From: Chthoniobacterales bacterium
GTDB taxonomy: Bacteria; Verrucomicrobiota; Verrucomicrobiia; Chthoniobacterales; Chthoniobacteraceae
Reading direction: 5' to 3'
Length of the DNA stretch: 64,000 nucleotides
Assembly (NCBI GenBank): GCA_038207335.1
Contig: JBBQZX010000005.1
Location: 96,001-160,000 of the forward strand
Part shown: positions 31,447 to 41,548 of the stretch, piece by piece
How positions within the stretch are numbered: position 1 is the first letter of the stretch
How the letters are laid out: every line of letters begins with the position of its first letter
The notes under the pieces: generated by a model
The model's database searches: none
What the model saw: the letters and a program-made list of their open reading frames with translations, nothing else
Told to the model about the DNA's origin: nothing
Translations under genes and position numbers: made by a program

Positions 31447-32247
31447 ATGCTCGACGCGATCCTGCGGCAGTTGCTGCCACTCCTGGAGCCGGTCGGTTTC
31501 CTCTGGCTCGCGCTCATCGTCATCGCCGCGCTGCTTTTCTGGAGGCGCCGCCGCGCCCTTGCCGGAGCGGTTTTCGCGGCGGCGCTCGTCCTCACGATCG
31601 TCGGCAGCACGGGCCTCCCGGGCGCGATGCTCGCCAGCTTGGAGCGGCCATTTGCGGGGCGGAAAATCGCGGACATTCTGCCATGCGATGCCGTCGTGAT
31701 GCTCGGCGGCGGGCTCGAGCCGTCGCGGTACGAAGTCGGCGGCGTGCATTTCACGAAGGCCGGAGATCGGATCATCATGGCGTTGGAGCTGATGCGACTC
31801 GGCAAGGCACCCGTGCTCGTGCTCGGCGGCGCGGCTTCGGAGATGGATGGATCGCTGCACGTCGAGGCCGACCTCACGCGCGACTTGCTGGCATCGTGGA
31901 AATTGCCCGGCGGCGCGGGGCAAAAAGTCATCAGCCTCGGCGAGAACGGCAACACGCACGACGAGGCGCTCAAAGTGCACGAACTGGCCTCCACAAATGG
32001 CTGGCGGCGCATCGCGCTCGTCACGTCCGCTTTTCACATGGCCCGCGCCAGCGCTGTTTTCAAGACGACCACTGGCCTCGAAGTCATCCCCGCGCCGTGC
32101 AATTTTCTCACAGAAGTCAGCACCGCGCCGTCCGCCCCCGGCTGGCATATTCCGACTTGGAATGGCTTCGAAAAAATCTCCGTCTGGATGCACGAGCAAA
32201 TCGGCTGGGCGATCTACCGGCGCCGCGGCTGGATCGACGATCGGTGA
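31447..32247 (+). CDS. YdcF/ElyC (DUF218) family membrane protein
   Basis: 'VVMLGGG', 'NT.DEA', 'LVTSAFHMARA', 'HEQIG'. Confidence 0.9.
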   Translation: MLDAILRQLLPLLEPVGFLWLALIVIAALLFWRRRRALAGAVFAAALVLTIVGSTGLPGAMLASLERPFAGRKIADILPCDAVVMLGGGLEPSRYEVGGVHFTKAGDRIIMALELMRLGKAPVLVLGGAASEMDGSLHVEADLTRDLLASWKLPGGAGQKVISLGENGNTHDEALKVHELASTNGWRRIALVTSAFHMARASAVFKTTTGLEVIPAPCNFLTEVSTAPSAPGWHIPTWNGFEKISVWMHEQIGWAIYRRRGWIDDR

Positions 32248-32351
32248 ACTGGGAACAAAGCGAACTGTCTGCGGCGTTCTAATTTTCAGCAGCGCTCGAA
32301 CGCATCCACCCAGCGCGCAACTCCATCTTCCTTCAAGGGTTTCACCGCACC

Positions 32352-33380
32352 ATGAATCGTCGCCGCATCCTCATCGTCCTCGCCGTGCTCCTGCTCGCGG
32401 GCAATGTCTTTTATTACGTCTGGAAAGGGTGGGGGCTCATCACGATCCACGCGCAGGATCGCCCGCTTTCCGAGATCGCGCGTTCGATCGAACGACAGGG
32501 CCACGTCACGCTTAAATACGACCTCGATCCCGCGACGAAAGTCAGCATGAACGTCGTGCGCGTACCGGTGAGTGAAGCGCTCGAAACGCTCTCGACCGTC
32601 ACGGAATCGCGCTGGCGGCTGACGTATGTTTTCGGCTCCGACGCGGCTGCGGTGCGCGGAGAAATCGCCACACTTTCCAGCGACCAACGCGACGAGTCGC
32701 TTACGTCGCTTTACGTCCCACTGCCACCGATCGGCGCCGACAGCGACGGCCCGTTGCCCGATCCGCGCCGCGATACATGGGCGGTGAAAGTGCCCGACGA
32801 ACACAAGCTTCAGGCGTATCTCGAAGGCGCGGCGAAAGGCGTCTCGGCGGAGTTCGTCGTGCCGGCGAGTTGGAATCCCGACGTGAATTCCGCACCGAGT
32901 TCCGGGCAGATTCGCAAAGTCGCGCCGAAGCTCGCGAGCGCCGCGAAAGGCAAAGTGGAGGAGATATTTCTCCTCGCGAAAAACCAGCGCCCGCGCGGCG
33001 ACGACGGCGAGCGGCCCGATCCGGGCGACGGCGGCGGTGGCAGATTTGGAGGCGGCTTAAACCGCGGCGCGATTGGCGACCGCATGCAGGCGGAGATCGA
33101 CAAACTGCCGCCGGAAAAACGCGCTGCGGCGCAGGCGGAGCAGGATGAGCGCAAGTCGTTTTTCACCGCGCTGCGCGACCTGCCGCAGGAGGAGCGCCGG
33201 GCGAAGATGGAGGAGTTTTTCGAAAAGACCGAGGTGCAGGATCGCATGGAAAAAATGCAAGCCGACCGCGACGCGCGTCGCACGCCGGAGCAGCGGATGG
33301 CGCGCGCGCAAAAATATCGCGAGCGCAAACAGCAGATAATGGCAGGCGGCGGGCAAGGGGGCGGAGGGAAGGGGAGATGA
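32352..33380 (+). CDS. Hypothetical membrane-anchored protein with secretin-N/STN-like domain(s)
   Basis: TM segment, then '[20 protein letters not shown]...KVSMNV..VPV.EALE'; charged helical Gly-rich tail. Confidence 0.6.
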   Translation: MNRRRILIVLAVLLLAGNVFYYVWKGWGLITIHAQDRPLSEIARSIERQGHVTLKYDLDPATKVSMNVVRVPVSEALETLSTVTESRWRLTYVFGSDAAAVRGEIATLSSDQRDESLTSLYVPLPPIGADSDGPLPDPRRDTWAVKVPDEHKLQAYLEGAAKGVSAEFVVPASWNPDVNSAPSSGQIRKVAPKLASAAKGKVEEIFLLAKNQRPRGDDGERPDPGDGGGGRFGGGLNRGAIGDRMQAEIDKLPPEKRAAAQAEQDERKSFFTALRDLPQEERRAKMEEFFEKTEVQDRMEKMQADRDARRTPEQRMARAQKYRERKQQIMAGGGQGGGGKGR

Positions 33381-33922
33381 GACGCGCCGGCTTCACGCTC
33401 ATCGAACTGCTCGTCGTCATCGCTATCATCGCGCTGCTCGCAGGGCTCCTTTTTCCCGTCACGCAGACCATGGCGCAGAGGACGCAGACGATCGGCTGCA
33501 TGAATAATTTGCGGCAGCTGTGGACCGGCATCAATGCGGCAACCAACGACAACGACAACAAGTACCCAGCGATCAAAATCGATCCGGACGACGACAAGGC
33601 GGAGGAGGGGGCGAAAGAGCTGTGGGAGACGCTGAAGCCCTATGGCATCACCGACAAAACGCTGCAATGTCCCTCGGACATGAAAAAAAGCCCGGGGCCG
33701 AGCTGGTTTGCGAAGGCTCACACGAGCTACATGTGGCAGCCGCCAGCCGAGGACGAGACGCAGGAAAACGTGAGGATCGTGACGCCGCGGAGGACATTCA
33801 CCGCGAAGCCGTCCCGCGTTGCGCTGCTCACGGATTACGAGGCGATTCACGAGCCAGACGTGTCAGGCACGCGACTGCGGATGAATGTCGTGTACGTGGA
33901 TGGGCACACCGGCACACGCTAG
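33377..33922 (+). CDS. Prepilin-type N-terminal cleavage/methylation protein (PVC pseudopilin)
   Basis: '[17 protein letters not shown]', 'C.NNLRQL', CPSD, C-terminal 'NVVYVDGH'. Confidence 0.92.
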   Translation: MRRAGFTLIELLVVIAIIALLAGLLFPVTQTMAQRTQTIGCMNNLRQLWTGINAATNDNDNKYPAIKIDPDDDKAEEGAKELWETLKPYGITDKTLQCPSDMKKSPGPSWFAKAHTSYMWQPPAEDETQENVRIVTPRRTFTAKPSRVALLTDYEAIHEPDVSGTRLRMNVVYVDGHTGTR

Positions 33923-34009
33923 CGGCTTGCCGTCGATCGAAGCCGACATCGAGCATCCCAACTGCGTAGTTGCCACCTGCGCGGAAATCGCCGATCATTC
34001 TTGGCGATC

Positions 34010-34333
34010 ATGCCTTCCGCCACGAATCCAGAACCCGGCGTTGTCGCTCTCGCAGGCGAAATCGACCTGCACAAATCGCCACACGTCAAAGAGACGCTCG
34101 AGCCGATCATCGCTAAAAAGACGCCGCTTGTGGTCATCGATCTCGGCGCAGTCACTTACATCGATAGCTCGGGGCTCGCGCTCCTCATCGAGGCGCTCCA
34201 GCGCATCCAGTCTTACGGCGGGAAGCTCGCGCTGTGCAGCATCGCAGACAGCGTCCGCACCATTTTCGACATCGCGCGTCTCGACCAGATTTTCCGCATT
34301 TTTCCGGATAAAAGCGCGGCGCTTGCAGGTTGA
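34010..34333 (+). CDS. STAS-domain anti-sigma factor antagonist
   Basis: 'GEID', 'IDLGAVTYIDSSGL', 'IFDIARL..IF'. Confidence 0.92.
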   Translation: MPSATNPEPGVVALAGEIDLHKSPHVKETLEPIIAKKTPLVVIDLGAVTYIDSSGLALLIEALQRIQSYGGKLALCSIADSVRTIFDIARLDQIFRIFPDKSAALAG

Positions 34334-34464
34334 AGCGGACGCTCGCGGTGGCACGCGTGACTTTGATTTTCGAGGCACACGCGGACTGATCGCCGACTCG
34401 CCTCGGGAATATCGGTAAACTTTTGCCCGCAACCTGCTGAGGTGCGGGGTTATCAATCAACACC

Positions 34465-35922
34465 ATGGAAATTTACATCTTGCGCGAAGGCAAGGAGACA
34501 GGCCCTTTCACCGAAGAAGAGACGCAGACGCTGCTGAAACAGGGGAGTGCGGCGATTGGCGATCTCGCCTGGCAGCCGGGCATGGCGCAGTGGCTTCCGC
34601 TTCATAGTGTGCTCTATCCCGGTCCCGCGCAGACCACTCCGCAGCGCCCGCCGCCGCCGCCCGAGGCACTCGCGCCCGTGCCCGTGCCTGTTGAGGAGTT
34701 GCCGCCCGCCGAGGCCGCGACCGCCAAGCAGAAAGCGTTTCTCACATTCATTGGCATCCCTTTCACCGCCGAGACCTCGAAGGATCAGGCCGCGCTCCTC
34801 GTGAACGACGCGATGGAAAATCCAAAAGATCCCGCGCGCCTCGCGAAGTGGAATGCGGACCGCTTGCGGCTGCACCCGGAGCTTTTCCCCGCCGAGGTAA
34901 AGGCGAAGAAAGAAAATCGCGCGAACCAGTACGCCGAGATCGCGCAGCGCGAAGGCGCCGGATTTTTTCACGATGTGACGAAGGCGCACGCCCAAGTGCT
35001 CGTCGGCTGGCTTGATGTGCATCACCCGAATTGGGAGGCGAACGAGGCGGACGCAGCGCGCAATTATTTCTTCCCGGCTATCGCCGAAAAGTTTCCGCAA
35101 CTCGTCGAGAAATCGGCGAAAGGGAAATTCAAGTTCGGCGCATCGAAAGTGGGTGCCGGCGTGGCTACGCACCCGATTACGTCGAAAGTCGCGCGTAAAT
35201 CGTTTCCGATCGCGTCTATCGTTCGCGGCGTTATCACCTTCGCGGCGATCGCAGCGGTACTCTATTACGGCAGCAAGCTGATGAAAATCTCGGCGGAGCA
35301 GAAGAAGCTCGACGACGCGAAACTCCTCGCCTCCACCCAGCGCGCAAAGCCCGAGACCGACGAAATCGACCTGCCTCCCCCGAAAAATCCGCGCACGAAG
35401 CCCACAGCCGCCCCCCGCACCGCCGCGCAAAATACCGCGCTCACCGCAAGCACCCAGCCCGGCGCAATCCCCGGCGAGCCCGGCACCATGCTCGCGCCCG
35501 CTGGCGATCCGTCCATGGCCCCCGGCGACCCCGCGATGGCCACCGCCCCGGCCGCACCCGTCGAACTCGCACCCGTCGAGCCGCCCGCCCCGGAGCCCGT
35601 CCCAGTCCAGCCGCGCACGACTTTCATGATCACGAAATCGACGGACGTCGCGCTCCCATTCGGCCGCGCCAAGCTCCCGCCTGGCACGCTGATCAAGATC
35701 GTCGCCGTCGAGGGCACCAATCTCCGCATCCGCTACGGCCCCGACATCATCGTCGTCCCCATCTCTTCCACCGACTTCCAAGCCCCCGCCGCGCCCGCTC
35801 CCGCGCCTTCCACAGCAACCGCGCCCGCTGCGCCGGCGACTCCCGACCCACTCGCGCCTCCTCCTGCGGCCCCCGGCGCCCCCGCCACAGGCACGGTGAA
35901 GCCGCCCACGTCGCTTTTCTAA
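34465..35922 (+). CDS. GYF_2 (DUF4339) domain membrane protein with Pro-rich C-terminus
   Basis: 'IYILREGKETGPF...LAWQPGMAQW.PL', one TM segment, Pro/Ala-rich tail. Confidence 0.8.
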   Translation: MEIYILREGKETGPFTEEETQTLLKQGSAAIGDLAWQPGMAQWLPLHSVLYPGPAQTTPQRPPPPPEALAPVPVPVEELPPAEAATAKQKAFLTFIGIPFTAETSKDQAALLVNDAMENPKDPARLAKWNADRLRLHPELFPAEVKAKKENRANQYAEIAQREGAGFFHDVTKAHAQVLVGWLDVHHPNWEANEADAARNYFFPAIAEKFPQLVEKSAKGKFKFGASKVGAGVATHPITSKVARKSFPIASIVRGVITFAAIAAVLYYGSKLMKISAEQKKLDDAKLLASTQRAKPETDEIDLPPPKNPRTKPTAAPRTAAQNTALTASTQPGAIPGEPGTMLAPAGDPSMAPGDPAMATAPAAPVELAPVEPPAPEPVPVQPRTTFMITKSTDVALPFGRAKLPPGTLIKIVAVEGTNLRIRYGPDIIVVPISSTDFQAPAAPAPAPSTATAPAAPATPDPLAPPPAAPGAPATGTVKPPTSLF

Positions 35923-35953
35923 AGTCGCAGCAGCCGCCCGATCGCCATTCCTC

Positions 35954-36106
35954 CGGGGAAAGCTCGTCTCGAGCACTGGGTTCGGCGCACTGCCGAAACG
36001 AACTTTCTGATGCGTGCGCATCCTGCGCGCGTCCCGTGCAAGGCATCTTCCAAAATCCGTAGAGTCGGGACGCCTCGATCAGCGCTCGGGACGAGCGCGC
36101 TCTCCG
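35954..36106. repeat. REP/MITE-like element with inverted termini
   Basis: Left end 'ggggaaagctcgtctcgagcactg'; right end 'cagcgctcgggacgagcgcgctctcc'. A second copy of the end lies at 45960. Confidence 0.7.
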
Positions 36107-36177
36107 CACATCCCGTCCACCCTCCCCTCGCATCCCAGCCTTCCCCTCGCCCCACTTTCCGACTAAGCACCTGCCTC

Positions 36178-38331
36178 ATGGCAAACGTCGTTTTCCTCTG
36201 GCACATGCACCAGCCCTACTACGTCGATCCCACCACGCAGACCGCCATGATGCCCTGGGTCCGCCTCCACAGCGTCAAAGGCTACCTCGACATGATCTCC
36301 GTCATCGAGGAGTTCCCCGCTATCCGCGTCAATTTCAACCTCACCCCCGTCCTCCTCCTCCAGATTCAGGAGCTCATCGACGGCAAAATCACCGACCTCT
36401 GGCTCGACTGGAGCCGCAAACCCGCCGCCGACCTCGGTGAGAGCGACAAATTCACCCTCCTCGAGAACTTCTTCAAACTCCACTGGGACCACCTCGTCAA
36501 ACCCCACCCGCGCTTCTGGGAACTCCTCAACAAACGCGGCCGCACTTTCTACCACGACGACATCCGCCGCGGCCTCCGATACTTCACCACCCAAGAGTTC
36601 CGCGACCTCCAGACCTGGTTCAATCTCGCCTGGTGCGGCTACACCGCCGACCGCCTCTTCCCCGAGCTGGCCGCCCTCAAAAAGAAAGGCCGCAACTTCA
36701 CCGAGCAGGAGAAAAATCGCGTCCTCGACCTCCACCTCGAGATCATGCGCCTCCTCATCGGGAAATATCGCGCCGCCGAGGAGCGCGGCCAGGTCGAGCT
36801 CACCACCACCCCCTTCTTCCACCCCATTCTCCCCCTCATCTACGACAGCGACCTCGCCGCCCGCAGCCTACCCGGTCGCGAATTTCCCCCGCGCTTCCAC
36901 CATCCCGAAGACGCCGCCGCCCACCTCACCCTCGCCGTCGAGCAGCACGCCGCGCTCTTCGGAAAGCCCCCGCGCGGCCTCTGGCCCAGCGAAGGCTCCA
37001 TCGCCCCCGAGCTCATCCCGCTCATGGAAAAGTGCGGCATCGAGTACTTCTGCAGCGACGAAGAAAACCTCTTCAACTCCCTCAAAACCGAACCCACCCA
37101 CCGCACCGGCACGGACCACCTCGAGCTCTTTCAGGGCTGGCGCGTCACCCACGCCGGTGCCACCGTCCACGCCCTCTTCCGCGAGAAACCCCTCTCCGAC
37201 TTCATCGGCTTCACCGCCGCCAAAAACGGCCCCGCCCAAGCCGCCTCCCACCTCCTCACCCATCTCCGCCACATCGCCAAACTCGTCCCAGCCGACTACG
37301 GCGTCATCCCCCTCATCCTCGATGGCGAAAACGCGTGGGAGACATTCCCCGATGGCGGCGAGAGCTTCCTGCGCGCCCTCTACGGAGGCATCGCGGCCCA
37401 TCCCGCCGAGCTCCACAGTTGCACCATGGAGGCTTACTTTCGCGCCCACCCGCCGCGGCGCAAAATCACCACCCTCCACACCGGCTCCTGGATCAGCAGC
37501 AATTTCGACATCTGGATCGGCGACCCCGAGGAAAATCGCGCTTGGGAGCTCCTCGGCCAGACCCGCGACCTCCTTCAGCGTTCCATCGAAAATCGCACCC
37601 TCACCGCCGCCGACGAGTGCGCCGCCAAGCGTGAAATCTACGCCGCCGAGGGCAGCGACTGGTTCTGGTGGTACGGCCCCGATTTCACCACAGACAACGA
37701 CCCACTCTTCGACGCCCTCTTCCGTCAGCACCTCAAAAACGTCCACACCCTCTGCCGCGCCGCCACCCCGCCCGAGCTCGACCACCCCATCACCACCGCC
37801 CGCACCGCCCCGCTCCGCCACCTCCCCGAGGCATTCATCACGCCAAAAATCGACGGCCAGCGTCCCGCCTTCTTCGCATGGACCGGCGCCGGCACCTACC
37901 TACCCGGCGCCGAGCAAACCACCATGCGCCGCGCCACGCGCACCGTCACCCGCATCCGCTTTGGCAACGACCCCACACACCTCCACCTCCTCCTCGAGTT
38001 GCGCGACACTCCCGCCTTCACCCTCCAGATCCACTTCTCCGAGCCAGCGGGTTTCACTTTGAAAAGCACCCCTCTCCTGCCTCTCGGTGCCCACAGCTAC
38101 ACGCTCACCGGGGTCAACGCCGCACCCGTCACCCGACCCGGGATCGCCTCTGGCGAAGTCATCGCTCTCACCCTCCCCCTCGCCGACCTCTCCCTAAAAC
38201 CCGGCGACCCTATCGCCTTCCAAATCCGCCTCATCGAAAACGGCATTGAACGCGAGCGCCACCCCGAAGCCGCCCCTATCTGCTTCCCCCTAGTGAGCCC
38301 AGAGAATGCTTTCGATCACTGGATCGTCTAA
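36178..38331 (+). CDS. GH57 amylopullulanase-like glycoside hydrolase
   Basis: WHMHQP, HPILPL, WPSEG (nucleophile), LDGENAWE (acid/base), AEGSDWFWW. Confidence 0.93.
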   Translation: MANVVFLWHMHQPYYVDPTTQTAMMPWVRLHSVKGYLDMISVIEEFPAIRVNFNLTPVLLLQIQELIDGKITDLWLDWSRKPAADLGESDKFTLLENFFKLHWDHLVKPHPRFWELLNKRGRTFYHDDIRRGLRYFTTQEFRDLQTWFNLAWCGYTADRLFPELAALKKKGRNFTEQEKNRVLDLHLEIMRLLIGKYRAAEERGQVELTTTPFFHPILPLIYDSDLAARSLPGREFPPRFHHPEDAAAHLTLAVEQHAALFGKPPRGLWPSEGSIAPELIPLMEKCGIEYFCSDEENLFNSLKTEPTHRTGTDHLELFQGWRVTHAGATVHALFREKPLSDFIGFTAAKNGPAQAASHLLTHLRHIAKLVPADYGVIPLILDGENAWETFPDGGESFLRALYGGIAAHPAELHSCTMEAYFRAHPPRRKITTLHTGSWISSNFDIWIGDPEENRAWELLGQTRDLLQRSIENRTLTAADECAAKREIYAAEGSDWFWWYGPDFTTDNDPLFDALFRQHLKNVHTLCRAATPPELDHPITTARTAPLRHLPEAFITPKIDGQRPAFFAWTGAGTYLPGAEQTTMRRATRTVTRIRFGNDPTHLHLLLELRDTPAFTLQIHFSEPAGFTLKSTPLLPLGAHSYTLTGVNAAPVTRPGIASGEVIALTLPLADLSLKPGDPIAFQIRLIENGIERERHPEAAPICFPLVSPENAFDHWIV

Positions 38332-38380
38332 CAAAACCGGAAATTGACTGCGGATAACGCGGTCAAAATCGAGCGACATC

Positions 38381-39256
38381 GTGACCGACCACCCTGCTTC
38401 CCTCCGCCTCCTTCTGCTCGTCGTAGCGGTCCTGATTGTCGCCTACAACGCTTGGCGCGGCTGGCGCGCCGGGTTTGTCCGACAGGCCGTCAGCATCGTA
38501 GCAACTCTGGCCGTGTGGATCGCCGCCTACTTCGGCGGCCCATTCATCGTCCCCTTCCTCCGCCCAATCGGTCTCCCCGACCAAGCCCTCTCCGCCATTG
38601 GCGGAATTCTCCTCGGCATTGTCATCTACATCCTCATCCAGACGATCGCCGCCGTCCTTTTCAAAAAAACCTCCGAACAAAGCGTCGGCATCATCCGCTT
38701 CGGCTACGGCGGCCTAGGAGCCGCCCTCGGAGCCTGTTCCGGCATCTTCAAAGTCTGGATTCTCCTCATCGTCCTGCGCCTCTGCGGCACAGTCGCCCAG
38801 ACCGGCGTCGCCGTCGCCAGCCACTCCCCACGCCCCGTCAACCCGGTCATTCGCGGCCTCGCGCAGGCCAAATCTTCCATCGATACCGGAGTCGCCGGCA
38901 CCGTCGCCGAGCACCTCGACCCTCTCCCCGACAAACTCTACACCACCCTCGACAAACTCGGCCGTGTCCTCGCAGACGAGCGCAACATCGCCCGTTTCCT
39001 CAACTATCCCGGTATCAAAGACCTCGCCGGCCACAGCAAAATCACCGCCCTCCAGGACGACCCTGCCATCGCCCGCGCCGCCCTCGACCACAACTTCCTC
39101 GCCCTCCTCAGCAACCCCGCAATCGTCTCCACGGTCAACGACCCCGACCTCGCCGCCGGCCTTCGCAAAATCGACCTCGAAAAAGCCCTCAACTACGCCC
39201 TCCAGCCCACGTCCCGACCGACCTCGGCAAATCGAACTCAGTCTCGCGGCGAGTGA
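38381..39256 (+). CDS. CvpA family membrane protein
   Basis: 'GWRAGFVRQ', four TM segments, 'GAALGA'. Confidence 0.75.
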   Translation: MTDHPASLRLLLLVVAVLIVAYNAWRGWRAGFVRQAVSIVATLAVWIAAYFGGPFIVPFLRPIGLPDQALSAIGGILLGIVIYILIQTIAAVLFKKTSEQSVGIIRFGYGGLGAALGACSGIFKVWILLIVLRLCGTVAQTGVAVASHSPRPVNPVIRGLAQAKSSIDTGVAGTVAEHLDPLPDKLYTTLDKLGRVLADERNIARFLNYPGIKDLAGHSKITALQDDPAIARAALDHNFLALLSNPAIVSTVNDPDLAAGLRKIDLEKALNYALQPTSRPTSANRTQSRGE

Positions 39257-39280
39257 CGCGTCTCGCGTAAAGTCGGCGAG

Positions 39281-40060
39281 ATGTGCCTGCGTCCATTCAT
39301 TTTCGCGCTGCTGATCGTGCTCGCTGCAGGCTGCGCGCCGCGCGGGAAAGAGACGCTCGTCGTCGGGATGGAACTCGCGTATCCGCCCTTCGAAATGACT
39401 GACGAAAGTGGTTCCCCCGAAGGCGTCTCCGTGGACCTCGCGCGCGCTCTCGGCGAGAGCCTCCACCGCCCGGTTACGATTCAAAATTCCGCATTCGACG
39501 GCCTCATCCCATCGCTCAAAACCGGTAAGATCGACCTCATCATTTCCTCCATGACCGCCACTCCCGAGCGCGCTGAATCCATCGCATTTTCCGACCCCTA
39601 CCTCACCACCGGCCTCGCCCTCCTCGCTGGCGCAAAATCCGAAATCCACGGCATCGCCGACCTCGACCGCGAGGGCCGTACAGTCGCCGTGAAAAAGGGC
39701 ACCACCGGTCACATCTTCGCCACGCAAAACCTCCACGCCGCTCGCATCCTCCTCCTCGACAAAGAAGGCGCGTGCGTGCTGGAAGTCGCTCAGGGCAAAG
39801 CCGATGCGTTCATCTATGACCAGATGTCCGTGCTGAAAAATTGGGAGCAAAACCGCCAAACGACGCGTCCGCTGCTGGAGGCATTTCGGAAAGAGCAATG
39901 GGCAATCGGACTGCGCAAGCAGGACGACGCGCTCCTCGTGAAAGTGAACACATTCCTGAAAGAATTCCGCACCACCGGTGGCTTCGAACGCCTCGGTAAC
40001 CGCTGGCTGCGTGGTCAGAAAGCCGCCTTCATCGAACGCGGAATCCCCTTCGTCTTTTGA
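39281..40060 (+). CDS. Polar amino acid ABC transporter substrate-binding lipoprotein
   Basis: Lipobox AAGC; YPPFE, 'FDGLIPSL..GKID', 'FSDPY', KGTT. Confidence 0.93.
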   Translation: MCLRPFIFALLIVLAAGCAPRGKETLVVGMELAYPPFEMTDESGSPEGVSVDLARALGESLHRPVTIQNSAFDGLIPSLKTGKIDLIISSMTATPERAESIAFSDPYLTTGLALLAGAKSEIHGIADLDREGRTVAVKKGTTGHIFATQNLHAARILLLDKEGACVLEVAQGKADAFIYDQMSVLKNWEQNRQTTRPLLEAFRKEQWAIGLRKQDDALLVKVNTFLKEFRTTGGFERLGNRWLRGQKAAFIERGIPFVF

Positions 40061-40068
40061 CGAAATCA

Positions 40069-40827
40069 ATGAATCCCACCGCGCAAAGCATCGCGGTCCG
40101 CGCGCTGCATTTCGTGGTCGCGCTGGCGCTGCTCGCGGCGGTATTCGCCTTCGCGTTTCACCAACTCGCATACGAATGGCATTGGGCTCCCATTTTCAAA
40201 TACCGCGATAAATTTCTCCACGGCTGGCTCGTCACGATCGCCCTTTCCATCGCCTCCCTTGCCGGCAGCACCGCCATCGGACTCGCACTCGCACTGTCCC
40301 GCCGCTCCCGCGTGCTGGCGCTCGGCTACGCCGCAAAAATCACGGTCGAACTCATCCGCGGCACTCCGCTGCTCGTCCAGATTCTCATCTTCTTCTACGT
40401 GATCGCCGAGGCCTTCCGCGTGACCGATCGCTACGTCGTCGGTGTCACTACGCTATCGATTTTCTCCGGCGCATACATCAGCGAAATCATCCGCGCCGGT
40501 ATCGAGAGCGTCGGTAAATCGCAACTCGATGCTGCGCGCGCCGTCGGATTCACGCGCGCGCAAACGTATCGCCACGTCATCCTCCCGCAGGCGCTCCGCC
40601 AGGCACTGCCGCCCCTCGCCGGCCAATTCGCATCGCTCGTGAAAGACTCCTCGCTGCTCTCCGTTATCGCGATTAGCGAGTTCACGCTGAATGCGCAGGA
40701 GGTGAATTCCTACACGTATCTCCCGCTCGAAAGTTACCTCCCGCTCGCGCTCGGTTACCTCGCGCTCACGCTGCCGATTTCGCTCGGCACGCGTTGGCTC
40801 GAGAGCCGCACCAGCTATGAAACTTGA
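40069..40827 (+). CDS. Polar amino acid ABC transporter permease
   Basis: 'RGTPLLVQ', 'AYISEIIRAGI', 'KDSSL'. Confidence 0.94.
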   Translation: MNPTAQSIAVRALHFVVALALLAAVFAFAFHQLAYEWHWAPIFKYRDKFLHGWLVTIALSIASLAGSTAIGLALALSRRSRVLALGYAAKITVELIRGTPLLVQILIFFYVIAEAFRVTDRYVVGVTTLSIFSGAYISEIIRAGIESVGKSQLDAARAVGFTRAQTYRHVILPQALRQALPPLAGQFASLVKDSSLLSVIAISEFTLNAQEVNSYTYLPLESYLPLALGYLALTLPISLGTRWLESRTSYET

Positions 40828-41548
40828 GCTGGAAAACGTGTGCAAAAGCTACGGCCCGCATGTCGCCCTCAGCGGCGTCTCTATGCGTGTCGAAAACGCC
40901 CACAGCTTCGTGCTCATCGGCCCATCCGGCGGCGGAAAATCCACTCTCCTCCGCATCCTCGGTGGCCTCGAAACGCCCGACGCCGGCACGGTCGCCGTCA
41001 ACGGCGAGCCGCTCGCATTCACCGAAGAAACGCTCCTCCGATACCGCCGCACCATCGGCACAGTATTCCAATCGTACAATCTCTTCCCGCACCTCACCGC
41101 GCTTGAAAATATCACGCTCCCGCTTGAGAAAGTGCATCGCTTTTCCCCCGCCAAAGCCACCGAGATCGCGCGCGCCCAACTCGCTCGATTCCGCCTCGAA
41201 ACCCACGCCGCAAAAACGCCTGCCGAACTCTCCGGCGGCCAGCGCCAGCGCGTCGCCATCGCCCGCGCGCTATCGATCCAGCCGCAGCTCCTGCTTTTCG
41301 ACGAGCCCACCTCCGCGCTCGATCCCGAGATGACCACCGAAGTCCTCGAGGTCATCGAGGAACTGCGCGCCGAAGGCCGCGACCTAATCGTCGTCACGCA
41401 TCACATGGGCTTCGCCCGCCGCGTCGCCGACCGCGTCGCATTTCTCGCAGACGGCCGCATCTTGGAGAGTTCCGCTGCGTCCACCTTCTTCGATGCCCCG
41501 CAAAACGAAGCCACCCGCGCATTCCTCGCGAAAGTGCTCAGATACTAA
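40817..41548 (+). CDS. Polar amino acid ABC transporter ATPase
   Basis: GPSGGGKST, 'VFQSYNLFPHLT', LSGGQ, DEPTSALDPE. Confidence 0.94.
   Translation: MKLELENVCKSYGPHVALSGVSMRVENAHSFVLIGPSGGGKSTLLRILGGLETPDAGTVAVNGEPLAFTEETLLRYRRTIGTVFQSYNLFPHLTALENITLPLEKVHRFSPAKATEIARAQLARFRLETHAAKTPAELSGGQRQRVAIARALSIQPQLLLFDEPTSALDPEMTTEVLEVIEELRAEGRDLIVVTHHMGFARRVADRVAFLADGRILESSAASTFFDAPQNEATRAFLAKVLRY

Noticed and set aside
36437..38062. Ser/Pro/Thr-rich 541-aa alternative-frame ORF inside the GH57 gene
   Set aside because: Product of extreme C-ending codon usage, not a mucin-like gene.
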